IMG/VR virus record: IMGVR_UViG_2667527666_000008
Source: a virus
Taxonomy: Duplodnaviria > Heunggongvirae > Uroviricota > Caudoviricetes
Length of the DNA stretch: 33,255 bases
Direction: 5' to 3' (one strand)
The notes below the pieces were generated by a model, which ran no database searches, was not told the origin of the DNA, and was given only the letters and a program-made list of their open reading frames with translations. A program made the translations under genes and the position numbers. Numbering within the stretch: the first letter of the stretch is position 1; the number at the start of each line of letters is the position of its first letter. This document shows positions 1-8,748 of this stretch, one piece after another.

Positions 1-1131
1 TCAAATGACCAGTTTTTTCCACTCCTTACCGCGTACATCGTTGTAAATATCGGTCATTTTTTGATTCGAATGGCCTAGCAAAATTTTGGTATCAACCCCC
101 TGCTCTCTGAACAATCGCTCTGATAAAGATCTCTGCTCATGGAAAGAGGGTGGGGTGCCATTAGCACGCCAGTTGTAATCCACAGAATCCCGGGCTTTTT
201 TAAATGCAACGGTTAATGTTGCTGGCTTAACCATCCCGCCGCGCTTAGCTGTCCCTTTCGCGTGATGGTGGTGCAATAGCCACGGACTAAGAACGCAATC
301 GCGGCAGGATGACACTACATCATCCAGGGTGAGATTTAATTTATCGCAACGCAGAGCCAGAGGGATGGCAATCCGGGTTCCTGTTTTTTGCTGTTCGACA
401 TGAAGATAACCATCCCGGATATCCGAAAATTGCATTTTGCAAATATCTGAAAGGCGCTGGCCTGTCATCAGTGCCAGCAGCATACCGCGCTGTAAAAAGT
501 AACCATTCTTTTCCGCTGCGTTATAAATCATCATCCACTCATCAAAAGTCAGTCGCTGTCTTGATATCCGCACCTGCGGTTTTTTTGCCGATTCTGCAGG
601 GTTAAAGCCTGGCGGGACATCGCCCGTTTGCTGAGCTTCCCGGAAAACATCGATCAGTACTTTCCTGAAAATTTGTCCCATTCTGTTATGTCCTCTGGCC
701 TTGTACTCTTCCAGTACTGATACCACATCTTTTACGGTTATGGCATCTAACGGTCTGGTGCCAAAACGTTCATCAAATACCCTGAGAGGGGCCGCTTTCT
801 GTTTCAGCGTGTTGAGTTTGATCTCGCCGTTTTCATATCTTTCCTGTTGAATTTTTCTGTAATTATTCAGAAAAATGGTAACGGTTGATGAACCGCCGGT
901 ATCACTAATAATTTTCTCCTGCAGACTGAGCATTTGTTCCATTTGCTGCCGGGCAAGACGGCTGTTCGCTTCTGCTGCAATAGTTTCTGCCAGTTTCTGG
1001 TCAATACTGCCGAGACCGTGATTTTTGCCTGTTATGGGATGCCTGTAACGCCAGTAAACTTTGTTATTTCTTTTGTCAAAATACGGAGATAATCCCGGAA
1101 CATCGGTTTTATATTTTCGCGGGCGCGCCAT
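1..1131 (-). CDS. int: Phage integrase, tyrosine recombinase family
   Basis: 376-aa ORF with a typical lambda-family integrase C-terminal catalytic region (R...HxxR...Y context, 'LLGHSNQKMTDIYNDV'); stop codon at window positions 1-3; first gene of the leftward arm. Confidence 0.9.
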   Translation of the reverse strand: MARPRKYKTDVPGLSPYFDKRNNKVYWRYRHPITGKNHGLGSIDQKLAETIAAEANSRLARQQMEQMLSLQEKIISDTGGSSTVTIFLNNYRKIQQERYENGEIKLNTLKQKAAPLRVFDERFGTRPLDAITVKDVVSVLEEYKARGHNRMGQIFRKVLIDVFREAQQTGDVPPGFNPAESAKKPQVRISRQRLTFDEWMMIYNAAEKNGYFLQRGMLLALMTGQRLSDICKMQFSDIRDGYLHVEQQKTGTRIAIPLALRCDKLNLTLDDVVSSCRDCVLSPWLLHHHHAKGTAKRGGMVKPATLTVAFKKARDSVDYNWRANGTPPSFHEQRSLSERLFREQGVDTKILLGHSNQKMTDIYNDVRGKEWKKLVI

Positions 1132-1357
1132 CTTCCAGTATCCTCTTCAAAGCAGGGTGATCTGTGGCGATCACCTCCGGCTTGTTTACCATTCCGACAA
1201 AGCGAGCTTGCGGATCCACTCGCCAGCGTCTTCCAACTTTTTTGGGGAGAGGAAATATCATTCCGGCTTTAGCGTATTTACTTAACGTACTCGGAGTAGG
1301 GACCGGTTCACTGAATTCCTCTTTTGCCCACTCAGTGAGCAGAATAAGTCTTGCCAT
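1109..1357 (-). CDS. xis: Excisionase-like small DNA-binding protein
   Basis: 82-aa ORF immediately upstream of and overlapping the integrase start; basic, with the 'FPLPKKVGRRWRV' pattern seen in Xis/AlpA-type winged-helix proteins. Confidence 0.65.
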   Translation of the reverse strand: MARLILLTEWAKEEFSEPVPTPSTLSKYAKAGMIFPLPKKVGRRWRVDPQARFVGMVNKPEVIATDHPALKRILEDGAPAKI

Positions 1358-1421
1358 GAGCGTCGTTCGCTAATCATGGTCGCCGCCACTATAGCTGGTG
1401 GGCAACGACCGGGGTTGAACA

Positions 1422-3893
1422 TTAAAAATCAGCCTGATTTGGGATCAGTTTTTGCCAGATAGCTGAAACGTATTTTGCCTGGTAACGGGCGTCATCAAGT
1501 GCATTATGGCGCTCACCTTCGAATGGAATAGCCGTTCTGGCATCGAAGTCTATGGCTTTCCCCAGCTCAACGATTGTGCGTACATCGCGATCGTTGTAGT
1601 AACGCCACGGGCAGGGGATCCCCTGCCGTTCGTATGAACGGCGCAAAATCGTGTTGTCGAAGTTGGCTCCATTTCCCCAAACCTGAACAAAAAATTCACC
1701 GGAGTTTTCGTCGATAAATTCCCGCAATTGTAACAGTGCATCATCTAACGGGATTTCATCGGTCATAATGGCAGATTGCGCTTCGCGTGATTGCTTAAGC
1801 CACCATTTAATGGTGTCCCGATCAATGACTCCGCCAGCAGTTTCCAGATCGATAGTCTTACTAAATTCCGGTCCCATATCTCCGGTTTGCGGATCGAAAA
1901 ATATTGCACCTATTGAGATGATCGGGGCATCAGGATTTTTTCCCATGGTTTCAAGGTCGATCATTAGATGGTCACACGTCCTGCTGGTGGATGTGATTTC
2001 TTGATGACCGTTCACCTTAATTGAGTGATCTGCCGTCTCGCCAGTTTCATTATCGCTATCGTGATGCTGATTGCCGCCAGTGTTCTCCTTGTGTGGATGT
2101 TCAGCGCCTTCCATTTCCTCCGGATCATCTTCCTGAACTTCAGGCTGATACTCTTCATCGAATGTTTCCTGGTATGTTGCGTCGCCCATTACCGCGCCAC
2201 AATCAGGGCAGTTGCCGCCGCCGGTCTGACCGCAGGCGGTGCAGACTTTTTCCACTTCCTGTTGCGCCACTGATTCAGGCTGTTTCGTTTCTGGCTCGTT
2301 TTGTAACGCATTTGGGCTGTTTTGTTCCGCTTTCTGGTCGTTCTGTTCCGTTTCTTGCTGGTTCTGGTTCACAGAATCGCGGGTCTGGTTCCCCTTAACC
2401 CATTTCGGATCATTCGGGTCGCTAATCCCTTCAACAAATTCACCACGTGATACTGCAAGCAGTTCATCGGCGTCAGGCTGGCTGATATTGGCTGCCTGCA
2501 TAATTTTGTTTACTTCGTCAGCGGTAACTTTTACTGACCCTGGTTGTGCGGTCGTGTCAGATGCACCAGTATTTTGTTGTGAACCTGAGTATGTACCGTT
2601 TTTGCGGGCGAAATATTCTTCTTTCGTGATTTCAGTAGCCCCAGCAGACAGCGCCTTATCCAGACCAGAAAGTTTGTTTGCGCGACCGTATTTTTCGCCA
2701 TCCTTGTCGGTGAAGAGGAAGTAGAACGGCCCCTCACGTTCTACAGATGGTTCGACTTCCACTTTGCATTCGGTTTTTTCGTTGTCCGGAATTGCCGTTT
2801 CCACTGCATCAGTTTCTGGTACTGGCGACGAGAGAGTATCAGTTGCGCTCTGATTTGTTCCTTCATCTTCAAACACGCCCTTTGTAGTCAGGTATTCAGT
2901 AATGTATTTGTTCAGTGCCACAGGGTCTTTGTGAATGTCGATCGGACGTTCACGGACAAGGCCAAAAATAGTCTGGCGGTCGTAGCGAAGGGCATCAGGC
3001 TGTTTGCGCATTGATGCCGAGATACGCTTCCAGTCTTCGCGGTCGTTGTCGATAACTTCATTTTTTGCCCAGCGATGGATGCTGCCGTCAATGTTTCCGG
3101 CATCCACATCACCAGGCCAGAGAGCGTAGGCCAGTTCGTCATCCAGTGTTTTCCATGTCTGCTTGTATTCGCGATGAATGGCAGCAATGACCGGGTTGAT
3201 TTTTCCTGTTGAATTTTCAGTGTGCTGTTGATTGGCTCTGGCGCGGGCGAGATCAACAACAGACGTGTATTTTCCGGCTTCCTTGCGTTCACCTTCGCGA
3301 CGTTTTTTCCAGATGCGCATCTCTGCCTGAATTTCGGGCCATTTGGCACCAGGCTTACATTTATGCTTAACCCACCCGATGGCATGCAGCTTAAGCTCCG
3401 GATACATGGCGTTAACTTCTGGCATTTTCATCAACGCTTCAACGATATGTCCGTCGAATGTTGCCATGTCTTCCTGCAACAGTTCCTGCGCGCTAATCAC
3501 CATATCAACGGTGATGTTTTCACATGTGTCGAACTTAACCATGACAGCGTTCTGTACTTCAGGGGCCAGCTTGTCAAAAGTGACGTTCATCGGATCTGAT
3601 TCAGTCTCAACCGGGACAAAGGAAGCAGACGCCTCATCCCAGCGGTTTTCCTGCATATATTCAGCATCCCAGGAATCTAGGGCAGGGCGGGGTATACCGG
3701 GTTTATCCTCGCAGACAAGAAATTTATAAGCGCAGTCCTGAGCAGCCGGATAATGTTCCAGGAATTGCCAGTGAAATTTTGCGCGGGCGCGACGTTCATC
3801 ACCGGCTTCAATGGCAGTGGCTACAGCGACTGCACCTTCTTCCTTTATTGCCTGTTCGTCCGGAATGGCGGCGCAAATAAAGACTTTACTCAT
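1422..3893 (-). CDS. Large early protein with C-terminal DEDDh-type 3'-5' exonuclease domain
   Basis: 823-aa ORF; C-terminal ~180 aa carry the DnaQ-like motifs (DLETMG..., W.NG.NFD, H.ALDDARY); central Q/E-rich low-complexity linker and a CxxC-x14-CxxC zinc-ribbon-like motif. Occupies the position of the recombination exonuclease in lambdoid left arms. Confidence 0.6.
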   Translation of the reverse strand: MSKVFICAAIPDEQAIKEEGAVAVATAIEAGDERRARAKFHWQFLEHYPAAQDCAYKFLVCEDKPGIPRPALDSWDAEYMQENRWDEASASFVPVETESDPMNVTFDKLAPEVQNAVMVKFDTCENITVDMVISAQELLQEDMATFDGHIVEALMKMPEVNAMYPELKLHAIGWVKHKCKPGAKWPEIQAEMRIWKKRREGERKEAGKYTSVVDLARARANQQHTENSTGKINPVIAAIHREYKQTWKTLDDELAYALWPGDVDAGNIDGSIHRWAKNEVIDNDREDWKRISASMRKQPDALRYDRQTIFGLVRERPIDIHKDPVALNKYITEYLTTKGVFEDEGTNQSATDTLSSPVPETDAVETAIPDNEKTECKVEVEPSVEREGPFYFLFTDKDGEKYGRANKLSGLDKALSAGATEITKEEYFARKNGTYSGSQQNTGASDTTAQPGSVKVTADEVNKIMQAANISQPDADELLAVSRGEFVEGISDPNDPKWVKGNQTRDSVNQNQQETEQNDQKAEQNSPNALQNEPETKQPESVAQQEVEKVCTACGQTGGGNCPDCGAVMGDATYQETFDEEYQPEVQEDDPEEMEGAEHPHKENTGGNQHHDSDNETGETADHSIKVNGHQEITSTSRTCDHLMIDLETMGKNPDAPIISIGAIFFDPQTGDMGPEFSKTIDLETAGGVIDRDTIKWWLKQSREAQSAIMTDEIPLDDALLQLREFIDENSGEFFVQVWGNGANFDNTILRRSYERQGIPCPWRYYNDRDVRTIVELGKAIDFDARTAIPFEGERHNALDDARYQAKYVSAIWQKLIPNQADF

Positions 3894-3985
3894 TTTGTTT
3901 TACCTCATTACAGATTTAAGGGTGAACAAATCCCTGCCATTGCTGGCATATAAGAATGAAACCGGATATTTATTACGGAACTGTT

Positions 3986-4177
3986 TTAAAGACCTGCCGG
4001 GATTTCGTTATTATCCTGGTGAATAACTTTATCGACCGGGTAACAGTTACCGGGAATTTTCTGTTCGGTTGCTGCAGTCACACACTCCTGCATTGTCCTG
4101 TGAACACTGACTGCAATATCAACTGGCTCTCCGGAAACAAGAAAAACTGTCAGAACAAGTGCAAATGCTGTATTCAT
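3986..4177 (-). CDS. Hypothetical small protein with N-terminal hydrophobic segment
   Basis: 63-aa ORF from the internal ATG, which has an AAGGA Shine-Dalgarno 8 nt upstream; N-terminal hydrophobic stretch (MNTAFALVLTVFLVSG) suggests a signal peptide or membrane anchor. Confidence 0.35.
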   Translation of the reverse strand: MNTAFALVLTVFLVSGEPVDIAVSVHRTMQECVTAATEQKIPGNCYPVDKVIHQDNNEIPAGL

Positions 4178-4362
4178 TGTGCACATCCTTTTTGTATCGG
4201 ACGTAAACGGGCCAGCATTGAAAGAATGCATATTTTATTTAATAACTCCCGTTCGTGTTTTCTCTTGTTAATGGCATCTTCAGTAAATACAGGGTTACTG
4301 ATAGTGACACCAATTTCAAAACAACCTTCAGACGTATTAACGTTTGGTAATAACGTTTCCAT
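4174..4362 (-). CDS. Hypothetical protein (62 aa)
   Basis: Small ORF in the leftward early region; support is position and an open frame only. Confidence 0.2.
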   Translation of the reverse strand: METLLPNVNTSEGCFEIGVTISNPVFTEDAINKRKHERELLNKICILSMLARLRPIQKGCAQ

Positions 4363-4932
4363 TATCGCGTCCTCAACAATGAATTTTGTGATGCAGTGCC
4401 TGGTGCCTCCAGGTGACGTTAACCAGTTAACAATTAACGCCGGGTTAGTTGATGCTCGTTACGCCCGTAAAATACCGCCTTACTGCTTTAACTGTTCCGC
4501 GTGCGCATAGCCGCATTCACCGCATCACAAAATTCACTTTAAAAAGGGCGGCAGAGCAGTCACGGAGTAAAACTGATACCGCCAAATGTCACCAGAAAAT
4601 TGATAACAGAGGGCGTTGTAGCGGGGTTGTCACTTAAGCGTATGGTCAACCTGACAACCCGGTGCATTTTCTGGAGCAATGGAGGAAACCCCAGCCATAC
4701 TTACCGCCGCGCCATTTCGCGGAGTGCCACAACCGGAAGCGCACGGTCGAACTAAATTTAACGACACCGTACAGAGAGACCAATTTCGCCGTGCGCTTTC
4801 GCGTTATGCCCTGACTTTTCAGGGACATATCCTTTCAGTAAACTGTCAGTGCCGGATGCTCACCCGTGTCCGGCGCACGCACTCCACCTGACCAGTGGAG
4901 AACTCCTTAATTACCAACCCTCAGGAGGGTGA

Positions 4933-5212
4933 AATGGATAAAAAGCAAATTGAGGCCCTGCAATCTATTATTGAAGAACAAGATGAAGCTATCAGGATTC
5001 TTTCATATCGCACTGATATGATACTAAATATGCTTTCTGCATTAACGGCTGCGCTTGGTGGTACAAAAACAAACGTATACCGCGAAGTTGTTATTCAACA
5101 GATAGATAAATTTGAAAAAACCATACCAGGTATTAATGCTCATCTTGCAGAACAAGAGAAAGACCATGCTCTTATGGCAATTTCTTCAGTAGCTCTCCCG
5201 AAAGTTGAGTAG
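4933..5212 (+). CDS. Hypothetical protein (AT-rich cargo ORF)
   Basis: Strong AGGAGG Shine-Dalgarno 6 nt before the ATG at 4933; 93-aa product predicted helical; AT-rich relative to flanks. Confidence 0.45.
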
Positions 5213-5573
5213 TTTTAATTGTTGTTTTGAAATAATCACTGCTTTCACATTTGAGTGATTTCATGGCAATCCAAATGCGGGCCTCTGTGCCTGCATTTGG
5301 TTCCAGTTGCTGTAGACGTTTTGCGTCTTCCAAAAGTAAGGCGATAATGTGTTTCAGCTTCTCATCATTTGCTTGATTCTTGTTTTCAGGCGAATTCTGT
5401 CCGCCGAATAGGCGCTTCTCTTCATACAGACCTATAAAGGCACGACGCACGTTACCGGATATAGTATCGATGGTTTCCTTTTCTACAGTACTCAGGTCAA
5501 GAGTCGCCAGTTGAGAGCGAACCACATTCGCTGCCATTTCCTGGAATGGCATTGGTAAATCTTTAAATTCCAT
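5172..5573 (-). CDS. Hypothetical protein (133 aa)
   Basis: ORF convergent with, and overlapping the 3' end of, the 4933..5212 gene; AT-rich; no recognisable motif. Confidence 0.45.
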   Translation of the reverse strand: MEFKDLPMPFQEMAANVVRSQLATLDLSTVEKETIDTISGNVRRAFIGLYEEKRLFGGQNSPENKNQANDEKLKHIIALLLEDAKRLQQLEPNAGTEARIWIAMKSLKCESSDYFKTTIKTTQLSGELLKKLP

Positions 5574-5595
5574 TATTAGCCTCGTTGGTTAGCTA

Positions 5596-5814
5596 TTAAC
5601 GTGGGTATGTAACCATTCTGGCAATGCTTAATGCCGCTGCTTTTTCCAGCCTGGTGATATCCTGCTCCAGAGCGGACAGATTTTCAGCCTGCTTAGTCCT
5701 GGCTTCATTGGCCCATTTCAGATCCTGCACTGCATTAATTTTCTGGCGCATCCACTCATAAAGTTCATCATCGGTATAGTCTGGCGCGATGATGACGGGT
5801 TCTCGTTTCTGCAT
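5596..5814 (-). CDS. Hypothetical early protein (72 aa)
   Basis: Small ORF packed tightly in the leftward early operon. Confidence 0.4.
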   Translation of the reverse strand: MQKREPVIIAPDYTDDELYEWMRQKINAVQDLKWANEARTKQAENLSALEQDITRLEKAAALSIARMVTYPR

Positions 5815-5843
5815 ACTGATTCCTCGCGGTGCTGTTTCGCTTA

Positions 5844-5972
5844 TCAGCCGTTAGATTTTCCCGAACTGGAAAGCGCCTGTTTAAATTCACTGAAGCTGAG
5901 AGCTTCTTCGCCTTCGGCAAGACCATCGAAGTATTCTTCGTAAGCCTTTTCCATGATTGTGTCGAAATCCAT
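5844..5972 (-). CDS. Hypothetical small acidic protein (42 aa)
   Basis: Found by manual translation (below the ORF-track size cutoff): MDFDTIMEKAYEEYFDGLAEGEEALSFSEFKQALSSSGKSNG, with a GGTGAGTGA ribosome-binding site; overlaps the upstream gene stop. Confidence 0.3.
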   Translation of the reverse strand: MDFDTIMEKAYEEYFDGLAEGEEALSFSEFKQALSSSGKSNG

Positions 5973-5973
5973 A

Positions 5974-6129
5974 TCACTCACCTGAGTTTCTTTCCAGCCA
6001 GCGACGGGCACCATTTTCGGTTTTAAACGTTTTGCTTTTGGTATACGTCATCGCGGTGAATGTGCCGTCCTGGTTGGGAAACACGCCGTACACCAGAGAT
6101 TCGTTGTTGCCAAGCTCGATAGTATCCAT
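5974..6129 (-). CDS. Hypothetical small protein (51 aa)
   Basis: Found by manual translation: MDTIELGNNESLVYGVFPNQDGTFTAMTYTKSKTFKTENGARRWLERNSGE; first gene of the leftward early operon. Confidence 0.3.
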   Translation of the reverse strand: MDTIELGNNESLVYGVFPNQDGTFTAMTYTKSKTFKTENGARRWLERNSGE

Positions 6130-6325
6130 GCTGACCTCATTTCCCCTTAACGCCGGGTGGCGGAACTAAAACCTACAGCGCCGTGCTGTTCTTGATAGAA
6201 ATATTAGTAACGCGGATATTTTAAGTCAACAGTATGGCGTATGATATTTTTGATTTGGTAACTATGTAAATGTTTTTTCAAGGGAAAAATATTAGTTATA
6301 CAGCTGATTTGCAGAAGTTATGGCA

Positions 6326-6357
6326 CAAAAAAACCGACTAAGACGTCGGTTTTTTTG
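6326..6357. terminator. Bidirectional intrinsic terminator
   Basis: AAAAAAA-CCGAC-taagac-GTCGG-TTTTTTT: a 5-bp GC stem flanked by an A-run and a T-run, immediately downstream of the repressor gene. Confidence 0.6.
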
Positions 6358-6382
6358 TTGTGGATGGGGTAGTGAGCGGTGG

Positions 6383-6844
6383 CTACTGGTTACGTTTCTT
6401 TAGTGCCAGCATGTTCTCGAAGGCTTCCTCGTAGAGCTTGTTTAGTCCACGTAGCTGGTTAAGGAGTTTGGCTTTTTCTGACGCAGGTAGAATCTCGAAG
6501 AGGTTAAGTAACTCTGCCTGTTCTTCATTGACCAGCCTCCATCCTTTGCCTGAAAAGTTATCATCATAAGTATCTGATGATCTTACATAATTCATTAAGT
6601 CTTTAAGGTCTTCTCGAATGTCCTCTGGTTTTACCTTTAACAGAGCCGCAAATTTTAGCGCAGCGTCGGTATTTACCGGTATCTTGCCGTTCAGATACTG
6701 GCTAACGGTGCCTTGAGATTCGAATCCCAACAACTCAGCCGCCAGCTCTTGAGTCAGCTTCAGCTCTTTTTTTCTTGCATTCCATGCGGCTTTTAAATTC
6801 TTGCTCGCTTCTGGAGTTGCAATCACTTCGCGTGTTTTTTTCAT
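6383..6844 (-). CDS. Prophage repressor, XRE-family HTH (RacR/CI-like, no peptidase domain)
   Basis: 153-aa ORF with an N-terminal helix-turn-helix (QELAAELLGFESQGTVSQYLNG); divergent from a Cro-like gene; no Shine-Dalgarno before the ATG, as for leaderless lambda cI. Confidence 0.75.
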   Translation of the reverse strand: MKKTREVIATPEASKNLKAAWNARKKELKLTQELAAELLGFESQGTVSQYLNGKIPVNTDAALKFAALLKVKPEDIREDLKDLMNYVRSSDTYDDNFSGKGWRLVNEEQAELLNLFEILPASEKAKLLNQLRGLNKLYEEAFENMLALKKRNQ

Positions 6845-6945
6845 ACATAGAGTTTATTTGTTTTACCAATATTATCAAAGATAGTCTGGCTATTGATCTT
6901 TAAAATTAGCGGGGCTAATATTTGCTCGAGGCATAACGTAGAAGG
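6845..6945. promoter_or_regulatory. Divergent immunity promoter/operator region
   Basis: 101-bp AT-rich gap between divergent repressor and Cro-like genes; contains a perfect palindrome ATTAGC-ggg-GCTAAT (6905..6919) and an imperfect inverted repeat TCAAAGAT...ATCTTTAA. Confidence 0.45.
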
Positions 6946-7227
6946 TTGGCTATGAACTTAAGAGACTATTTAAAAGAGAAACATATCACCCAGCTACAGT
7001 TTGGGAAGCTAACGGGTTTATCTCAGGTGCATGTAAGTCGAGTGCTGGGGGGCTATGAAAGATTCAGCCCTGAAAAAGCATTACGTGTTGCTGAAGTAAC
7101 GAATTTCGAGGTTACACCTCATGAACTCCGGCCTGATATTTACCCGAATCCAACCGACGGCTTACCTGTTGGATTCAAGGCTAACACACCAAATGCATCG
7201 GAGTTGATTCATGAAAATCAGGCATGA
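6946..7227 (+). CDS. Cro-like HTH regulator (YdaS-like)
   Basis: 93-aa ORF with an HTH (ITQLQFGKLTGLSQVHVSRVL); first gene of the rightward operon, opposite the repressor. Confidence 0.65.
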   Translation: MAMNLRDYLKEKHITQLQFGKLTGLSQVHVSRVLGGYERFSPEKALRVAEVTNFEVTPHELRPDIYPNPTDGLPVGFKANTPNASELIHENQA

Positions 7228-7636
7228 GCACATCCGCATGGCGATGAATGCCTGGGCGCATCCGGACGGTGAAAAAGTTCCGGCAGCTGAAATAACCCGG
7301 GCTTATTTTGAGCTTGGTATGACGTTCCCGGAATTATATGACGACAGCCATCCGGAAGCCCTGGCTCGCAATACCCAGAAAATTTTCCGCTGGGTGGAGA
7401 AAGACACTCCTGATGCGGTTAAAAAAATTCAGGCGTTGTTACCAGCGATCGAAAAAGCAATGCCGCCTCTGCTGGTGGCCCGAATGCGCAGCCACAGTTC
7501 AGCTTATTTTCGGGAGCTGGTGGAGACGCGGGAACGACTGGTGAGAGACGCTGATGATTTTGTCGCAGTGGCGATCGCTGGTTTCAACCAGATGAATCGT
7601 GGTGGCCCTGCAGGAAATATTGTGGCTGTGCATTGA
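7211..7636 (+). CDS. YdaT-like protein (CII-position regulator)
   Basis: 141-aa ORF overlapping the Cro-like gene stop; size, position and N-terminal 'MKIRHEHI' resemble Rac-type YdaT family proteins as recalled. Confidence 0.5.
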   Translation: MKIRHEHIRMAMNAWAHPDGEKVPAAEITRAYFELGMTFPELYDDSHPEALARNTQKIFRWVEKDTPDAVKKIQALLPAIEKAMPPLLVARMRSHSSAYFRELVETRERLVRDADDFVAVAIAGFNQMNRGGPAGNIVAVH

Positions 7637-7707
7637 CTCGCAATATTCATACCGGATCACTTCCGGCAATTTGTGAGTAAAAAGATTCGGTATCAGAAGA
7701 GGTGAGT

Positions 7708-8748
7708 ATGGCTAACGCCTGGCTCAGATTATGGCATGACATGCCAAATGACCCTAAGTGGCGAACAATTGCCAGGGTGTCAGGGCAGCCAATTGCAACA
7801 GTGATGGCAGTGTATATCCACCTTCTGGTGAGCGCGTCACGAAATGTCACGACATGTCACGGCGTGTCACTACGTGGTCACATTGATGTCACGACGGAAG
7901 ATTTAGCAAGTGCGCTTGATGTGACGGAAGAAGTAATTGATTCAATTTTACAGGCAATGCAGGGGCGGGTACTTGATGGAGATTTAATCACCGGATGGGA
8001 AAAACGCCAGGTACTGAAAGAGGACAATGGCAACGTTTCACAAACCGCGAAATCCCCGGCAGAGCGCAAGAGAGCGCAGCGCGAGAGGGAAAAATTACGA
8101 AAACAGAATGAGGGGTGTCACGACGAGTCACGCATATGTCACGACATGTCACGACGAGTCACGACAGATAAAGATACAGATAAAGAATTAAACCCCACAC
8201 ATAACGCGCACGTGCGCGAGAGTGCTCCGACCAGTGAGTCGAGTGGTACGCCGTTGCAGGCAGCAGAACCTGCATCCCTGGATGGACTGAGCGAACCCAT
8301 CGGGAAATTTCCGATGGTCGATGACTGGCATCCGTCGCCGGATTTTCGACGACGGGCTGCGTTGTGGGGGATGGCTTTGCCGGAGCCGGAATTTACACCT
8401 GCTGAACTTGCCGCTTTCCGGGACTACTGGGCAGCGGAGGGGAAAGTTTTCACGCAGGTTCAGTGGGAGCAGAAATTCGCCCGTCACGTAAATCACGTCA
8501 GGGCGCAGGTTAAGCCAGTCAGCAAGGGGGTAAACCATGCAGCAGCACCAGGTGGCACCGCATCACGGGCAGTTCAGGAAATTCGGGCAGCACGTGAGCA
8601 GTGGGAACGTGAAAACGGATTTATCAGCGACGGAAACGGTCTGGAAGCTGTGGGAACTCATGGGGGAGGTTTATTCGAACCGCTGGACCCAGAAGAACGG
8701 GGCCGCACCTTCGAAGCTCTGGATTGCACAGATTGGCGCGATGACTGA
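7708..8748 (+). CDS. Replication initiator / replisome organizer (O-like, DnaT-like C-terminal region)
   Basis: ATG at 7708 with a GAGGTGA ribosome-binding site; conserved N-terminus 'ANAWLRLWHDMPNDPKWRTIA'; iteron arrays lie inside the coding sequence as in lambda O; the true 3' end is uncertain because the P-like gene overlaps. Confidence 0.6.
   Translation: MANAWLRLWHDMPNDPKWRTIARVSGQPIATVMAVYIHLLVSASRNVTTCHGVSLRGHIDVTTEDLASALDVTEEVIDSILQAMQGRVLDGDLITGWEKRQVLKEDNGNVSQTAKSPAERKRAQREREKLRKQNEGCHDESRICHDMSRRVTTDKDTDKELNPTHNAHVRESAPTSESSGTPLQAAEPASLDGLSEPIGKFPMVDDWHPSPDFRRRAALWGMALPEPEFTPAELAAFRDYWAAEGKVFTQVQWEQKFARHVNHVRAQVKPVSKGVNHAAAPGGTASRAVQEIRAAREQWERENGFISDGNGLEAVGTHGGGLFEPLDPEERGRTFEALDCTDWRDD
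7836..7892. repeat. Iteron array 1 (six GTCAC-core repeats at 10-11 bp spacing)
   Basis: GTCAC cores at 7836, 7846, 7856, 7866, 7877 and 7888, mostly as (A/G)TGTCACGAC; helical-turn periodicity. Confidence 0.6.
8117..8190. repeat. Iteron array 2 plus AT-rich direct repeat (putative origin)
   Basis: GTCAC cores at 8117, 8127, 8138, 8148 and 8158 (10-11 bp spacing), immediately followed by AGATAAAG-ATAC-AGATAAAG-AATTAAA. Confidence 0.6.

Noticed and set aside
2021-2724. Plus-strand ORFs of 125-161 aa inside the exonuclease gene
   Set aside because: Antisense to a well-supported 823-aa gene; Cys/Ser/Phe-rich shadow frames.
3956-4510. 184-aa plus-strand ORF (Cys-rich)
   Set aside because: Overlaps better-supported minus-strand small genes, has no ribosome-binding site, and its odd composition fits a shadow frame.
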